A stretch of DNA of 64,000 nt from NCBI GenBank assembly GCA_963810095.1, contig CAWEMM010000009.1:608001-672000 (forward strand), given 5' to 3'. A program made the translations under genes and the position numbers. Numbering within the stretch: position 1 is the first letter of the stretch; each line of letters starts with the position of its first letter. A model generated the notes under the pieces. It searched no databases and was not told where the DNA came from. It saw only the letters and a program-made list of their open reading frames with translations. This document shows, piece after piece, positions 60,169 through 64,000 of this stretch. Source of the stretch: an uncultured Chloroflexia bacterium (GTDB taxonomy: Bacteria; Chloroflexota; Anaerolineae; CG2-30-64-16).

Positions 60169-61584
60169 ATGACGGAAGCGTATCGTATTGAGAAGGACTC
60201 GATGGGGGAGATCAAAGTCCCCGCGAATGCGCTGTGGGGCGCACAGACGCAGCGGGCGGTCGACAATTTCAAGATCAGCGGGCGGCCGCCCTATCCCGCC
60301 TTCGTGTGGGCCTTCGCGCTCGTCAAGCGCGCGGCTGCCGAAGTGAACCGGGACCTGGGCTTGCTGGACGCGAGGGTGGCGGGCGCCATCGTGCAGGCGG
60401 CGCAGGAGGTGCTCGACGGGCAGCACGCGGACCAGTTCGTGGTCGACCCGTTCCAAGCCGGCGCGGGCACCAGCCACCACATGAACGTCAACGAGGTCCT
60501 CGCGAACCGGGCGAGCCAGATCCTCGGCTTTGCCCTGGACGACCCGAACAAGCCGGTAAAGGCGAACGATCACGTCAACATGGCGCAAAGCACCAACGAC
60601 ACCGTCCCGGCGGTCATTCGCCTCGGCGCGCTGTGGCGGCTCGACGAACTACTCGCGGCGGTCGACAACCTGGCGGACGCGCTTTCGGAAAAGGGGCACG
60701 CATTCGACGACGTGGTCAAGTCGGGCCGCACGCACCTCCAGGATGCCGTGCCCGTGCGGCTGGGGCAGGAGTTTGGGGCATACGCCCAGGCCGTGCGCTA
60801 CGACCGCGAGCGCATCGCAGCCGCGGGCGACCGCCTGCGCCGGGTCGGCATCGGCGGCACTGCCGCCGGCACGGGGCTCAACGCGCACCCCGAGTACCAC
60901 GCCCGGATGGTGAAGCGGCTGAGCGAGCTGACCGGCTGGCCGCTGAGGTCAAGCGGCAATCTCTTCGAGCCCGTTCAGAACATGGCCGATGCGGCCGACT
61001 TCTCCGGCACGCTGCGGACGCTGGCAATCACGCTGACGCGCGTCGCGAACGACTTGCGCCTGTTGGCATCTGGCCCAAGCTCGGGCTTTGACGAAATCCG
61101 CTTCGCGCCCGCACAGCCCGGCAGCAGCATCATGCCGGGGAAAGTCAACCCGGTGTTCGCCGAGATGCTCAACATGACCTGCTTCCACGTCATGGGCTGC
61201 GACCTGACCGTGATGCTGGCCGCCCAGGCCGGGCAGCTCGAGGTGAACGTGATGATGCCCATCCTGGCCCACAACCTGTTCGAGGCGATGCACGTGTTCA
61301 TTCCGGCCATCCGTCTTTTCACGGATCAGGGGGTGAAGCGGATCGAGGCGAACCGGCAGAAGGCGGCAGGTACGGTAGCGAGGAATGCCATCCTGGCGAC
61401 CGCACTCAACCCGGTGATCGGCTACATGAAGGCGGCAGAGATTGCCAAGAAGGCCGCCGAGAGCGACCGCTCCATTCGCGACGTGGTGGTTGAGGAGGGT
61501 ATACTGACACCGGAAAAGGCCGACGCACTGCTGGACGCTCGGGCGATGACCGAGGGCGGCATTATGGCGCAAAGCGAAGGGTGA
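60169..61584 (+). CDS. Aspartate ammonia-lyase / class II fumarate hydratase family enzyme
   Basis: GAQTQRA, QAGAGTS, QSTND, GRTHLQDAVP, GSSIMPGKVNP motifs; cannot separate aspA from fumC by eye. Confidence 0.9.
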   Translation: MTEAYRIEKDSMGEIKVPANALWGAQTQRAVDNFKISGRPPYPAFVWAFALVKRAAAEVNRDLGLLDARVAGAIVQAAQEVLDGQHADQFVVDPFQAGAGTSHHMNVNEVLANRASQILGFALDDPNKPVKANDHVNMAQSTNDTVPAVIRLGALWRLDELLAAVDNLADALSEKGHAFDDVVKSGRTHLQDAVPVRLGQEFGAYAQAVRYDRERIAAAGDRLRRVGIGGTAAGTGLNAHPEYHARMVKRLSELTGWPLRSSGNLFEPVQNMADAADFSGTLRTLAITLTRVANDLRLLASGPSSGFDEIRFAPAQPGSSIMPGKVNPVFAEMLNMTCFHVMGCDLTVMLAAQAGQLEVNVMMPILAHNLFEAMHVFIPAIRLFTDQGVKRIEANRQKAAGTVARNAILATALNPVIGYMKAAEIAKKAAESDRSIRDVVVEEGILTPEKADALLDARAMTEGGIMAQSEG

Positions 61585-61585
61585 T

Positions 61586-62092
61586 ATGGATTCGCAGCTC
61601 CTGTTTCTGTTGGCGCTGATCGCCATGCTCGTGGGGCTCGCCGGCACCGTGCTGCCTGCGCTCCCCGGCATCGCGCTCGTCTGGATCGCGGCCTTGGTGT
61701 ACGGCCTCCTGGACCGGTTCACCACCCTGCCGGTGGCCGCGTTTGTCGTGATCACGGTCCTGGCTGCCATCGGGCTGGCCGCCGACTTCTTCCTCACGCA
61801 GGCCGCGACGAAGGTCACCGGCGCCTCGTGGCAGGCGACCGCGGCCGGCGTGGTCGGTGGGATTGTCGGCATGATCGTCGGCTTCTTCGCCGGCGGCATT
61901 GGGATCGGTCCGGGCGGCATCATCGGCGCGCTGATCGGCGTGGTCGGCGTGGAATACCTGCATCGCAAAGACCTGCGCGCGGCGATGAAGGCGGGCGGTG
62001 GCTGGCTGGCCGGCTGCCTGGCCTCACGCGCCATGCAGTTCATCATTGCCCTGCTCATGGTGGTCATCTTCGTCTGGCAAACCAGCACGTAA
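61586..62092 (+). CDS. DUF456 family membrane protein
   Basis: GTVLPALPG, GAS, Gly-rich TM segments, GVEY. Confidence 0.82.
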   Translation: MDSQLLFLLALIAMLVGLAGTVLPALPGIALVWIAALVYGLLDRFTTLPVAAFVVITVLAAIGLAADFFLTQAATKVTGASWQATAAGVVGGIVGMIVGFFAGGIGIGPGGIIGALIGVVGVEYLHRKDLRAAMKAGGGWLAGCLASRAMQFIIALLMVVIFVWQTST

Positions 62093-62099
62093 GGGGCGT

Positions 62100-62173
62100 T
62101 CACCACGAAGGTGCCCAGACACAAAGCTGGGAGCAGGCTTCGCGAGCCTTGGTGTCCTCGTGTCTTTGTGGTT
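62100..62173. repeat. ACCACAAAGAC-family palindromic repeat (degenerate)
   Basis: TCACCACGAAG...GACACAAAG ... CTTGGTGTCCTCGTGTCTTTGTGGTT. Confidence 0.7.
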
Positions 62174-62199
62174 CGCGTCTTGTCTCACCTGGAGGACCG

Positions 62200-62754
62200 T
62201 TGAAGGTATTGGTGGGTTCGCGTAACCCGGTAAAAGCCGGGGCGGTGCAGGATGTGTTTGGCCAGTACTTCCCCGGCGTCGAGGTGGACGCGATGGAGGT
62301 GGCTTCGGGCGTGCCCGCCCAGCCGGTTGGCGACGACACCTTCGCCGGCGCGCAGAACCGGGCGCTCGCGCTGGTGGCGCTGAACCGGGCGCAAGGGCTG
62401 GGGGCCAGCTACTGCGCGGGGCTGGAGGGCGGCATTGCCCGCCTGGCTGGACGCTGGTACACGTTCGGCGTCGTCTGCATTGCCGACGCCGGGGGTCAGT
62501 GCGGCATGGGCGTCTCGCCCATGTTCGAGCTTGCACCGGCCCTTTACGAACCATTGCTCGCAGGCGAAGAACTCGGCCATGTGGTCGACCGCCTGAGCGG
62601 CGACCACAACTCCAAGCAGAAGGGCGGCGCCATCGCCTATCTCACCCAGGGGCGCGTTGGCCGGCGAGAACTGTACGCGCAAGGGGTCATCATGGCACTC
62701 GTGCCGTTCCTTAACCCGCCGATGTATTTCCCGGTGCCTTCGACGTCTGCGTAA
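62200..62754 (+). CDS. yjjX: Inosine/xanthosine triphosphatase
   Basis: VGSRNPVK, SGVPAQP, GAQNRA, GLEGG, GEELG, KQKGGAI, LT motifs; SD GGAGG before TTG. Confidence 0.9.
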   Translation: MKVLVGSRNPVKAGAVQDVFGQYFPGVEVDAMEVASGVPAQPVGDDTFAGAQNRALALVALNRAQGLGASYCAGLEGGIARLAGRWYTFGVVCIADAGGQCGMGVSPMFELAPALYEPLLAGEELGHVVDRLSGDHNSKQKGGAIAYLTQGRVGRRELYAQGVIMALVPFLNPPMYFPVPSTSA

Positions 62755-62760
62755 TCCAGG

Positions 62761-63621
62761 TCAGCCGGCCAGCGTGCGGAGCGCCAGCCAGTCGTCCCCG
62801 TGCTCGGGCACACTCACGTCGTTTGTGATCAGGCCGGCGCCGACCAATTCCTCCACGGCTTTCCCCGTCTCCACCTTTCCCCACCCGAACAGCGTGACGA
62901 CTTGCTTTGCCGGCGCTGCACCCACCGATCTCAAATACAGCTCCACGAGCCTCTCGCGCGCCTGTGACTGCCGGATGGGCCGGGCCTGGTCTGCGAGCCC
63001 GGGGTTCCACCGGTGGACGCATTCGTAGACGAACGCATACTTCCACCGCCCCACCTCGGCGACGCCCACGGGCTGCACCTTGAAGTCGGCCTGCAGGAAC
63101 TCGATCGCCCTGTTGAAGGGTGAATCGCTGGCCTTCGTCGTCATACGCGCCTGCCGGCGCAGCTCCTGCGTGTCGAGCGGGCCCTTCTCCAGCAGCACTT
63201 CGAACACGGTCTTGGCGTCGAAGGTCATCTGCCCGGCTTTGTACTGGTCGAGATAGTCCTGCTCGGGTTCGCCATAGTTCTCGCTCAGCGCGTAGAAGTA
63301 CGGCAGCACTCCGAGCGCGATCATCGTCGCTTTCTTGCGCAGCACCTTGGCGTAGTGCCACTTCCGCGCGGGCAGCAGTTCGTCCTTCCACCCCCACGTC
63401 ACGTGGCCGGGATCGTCGTGCGCGTCGGGCACGGGGCGGTCGCCTGCCACCGCGCCCCAAAGCGAGGGCATGGTGACGTCCTTGATCGGCCAGAAGTAGA
63501 CGAAACCGCGCTCCTCGATGTAAGCTACTGCTTGTTCCTTGTTCCGCACCTTGAGCCCGGATTTGAGGCGGAAGGTGTCTTGCCGGTATTCGAGGATGCG
63601 CTCAAAGGCGATGTTGGTCAT
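62761..63621 (-). CDS. AlkZ/YcaQ-related winged-helix protein
   Basis: ERGF...PSLW...TWGWKDEL...YAK...KAT pattern; ATG 63621 preceded by TATAAT. Confidence 0.65.
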   Translation of the reverse strand: MTNIAFERILEYRQDTFRLKSGLKVRNKEQAVAYIEERGFVYFWPIKDVTMPSLWGAVAGDRPVPDAHDDPGHVTWGWKDELLPARKWHYAKVLRKKATMIALGVLPYFYALSENYGEPEQDYLDQYKAGQMTFDAKTVFEVLLEKGPLDTQELRRQARMTTKASDSPFNRAIEFLQADFKVQPVGVAEVGRWKYAFVYECVHRWNPGLADQARPIRQSQARERLVELYLRSVGAAPAKQVVTLFGWGKVETGKAVEELVGAGLITNDVSVPEHGDDWLALRTLAG

Positions 63622-63742
63622 GGCGACGATTATAACGAGGTAAGCCTGGTTTCCGCCAGAAACGCGCTTTGTGGTTGGAACAAAAGCTGCTGTGGGCCTG
63701 TCTTTGTGTTTCAGTTCACGTTCGGGGCAAAGGAGCTCTCTG

Positions 63743-64000
63743 ATGATCACGCAGCAAAAACGCGCGCTCCGCGGCTTGCTGAACGGCGCCGGCGGATGGC
63801 TGCGCGACTGGTCTCTGCCGCGCCAGATGGCCGGCCAGGACGCCTTCAGCACGGCCGCCGAGAGCGCATGGTCGCGAACGTTCCGCCCCCGCATCGAGGA
63901 CGCGGACCGGGTGGGCACCAGCATTTGCCCGTACTGTGCGGTCGGCTGCGCTCAGCTGGCGTACGTCAAGGGGAACGACATCATCCATATCGAGGGTGAT
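63743..64000 (+). CDS. Formate dehydrogenase alpha subunit N-terminus (molybdopterin oxidoreductase, truncated by window end)
   Basis: Manual translation ...RPRIEDADRVGTSICPYCAVGCAQLAYVKGNDIIHIEGD with a 4Fe-4S CPYCAVGC motif; SD AAGGAG. Confidence 0.85.
   Translation, partial: MITQQKRALRGLLNGAGGWLRDWSLPRQMAGQDAFSTAAESAWSRTFRPRIEDADRVGTSICPYCAVGCAQLAYVKGNDIIHIEGD

Noticed and set aside
63743-64000. Selenocysteine/SECIS in formate dehydrogenase
   Set aside because: The active-site codon lies beyond the window end and cannot be assessed.

Overview
GC-rich bacterial chromosomal segment, most consistent with Chloroflexota (Anaerolineae/Caldilineae-like). This is inferred from the FMN-riboswitch RibXY-type ABC transporter, a BTAD-AAA-TPR regulator and many Pro/Thr-linker secreted proteins. 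It is mostly housekeeping and envelope genes: aroH, DegV/GNAT/glycosyltransferase lipid operon, rnc, Tat sulfatase, ftsY, prfB (programmed +1 frameshift), smc, galK, hisE, BY-kinase plus RiPP-like tailoring cassette, alpha-2-macroglobulin, riboflavin ABC transporter, glgA, AlaX, aspartase/fumarase, yjjX, AlkZ-like gene and the start of a formate dehydrogenase alpha subunit. About 18 single-base frameshifts in conserved genes look like long-read errors rather than pseudogenes. The strongest non-obvious signals are: (1) a 33-aa YFFFYY leader peptide with promoter and terminator forming a dual Phe/Tyr attenuator upstream of chorismate mutase; (2) a DegV, bCerS/YghO-like acyltransferase and glycosyltransferase operon that could make an amide-linked glycolipid; (3) an orphan kinase/nucleotidyltransferase/S24-S26 peptidase cassette behind a tyrosine autokinase; (4) several families of dispersed palindromic repeats, one inserted in frame in the SMC hinge and one supplying stop codons. 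No transposase, integrase, CRISPR array, tRNA or rRNA was seen.
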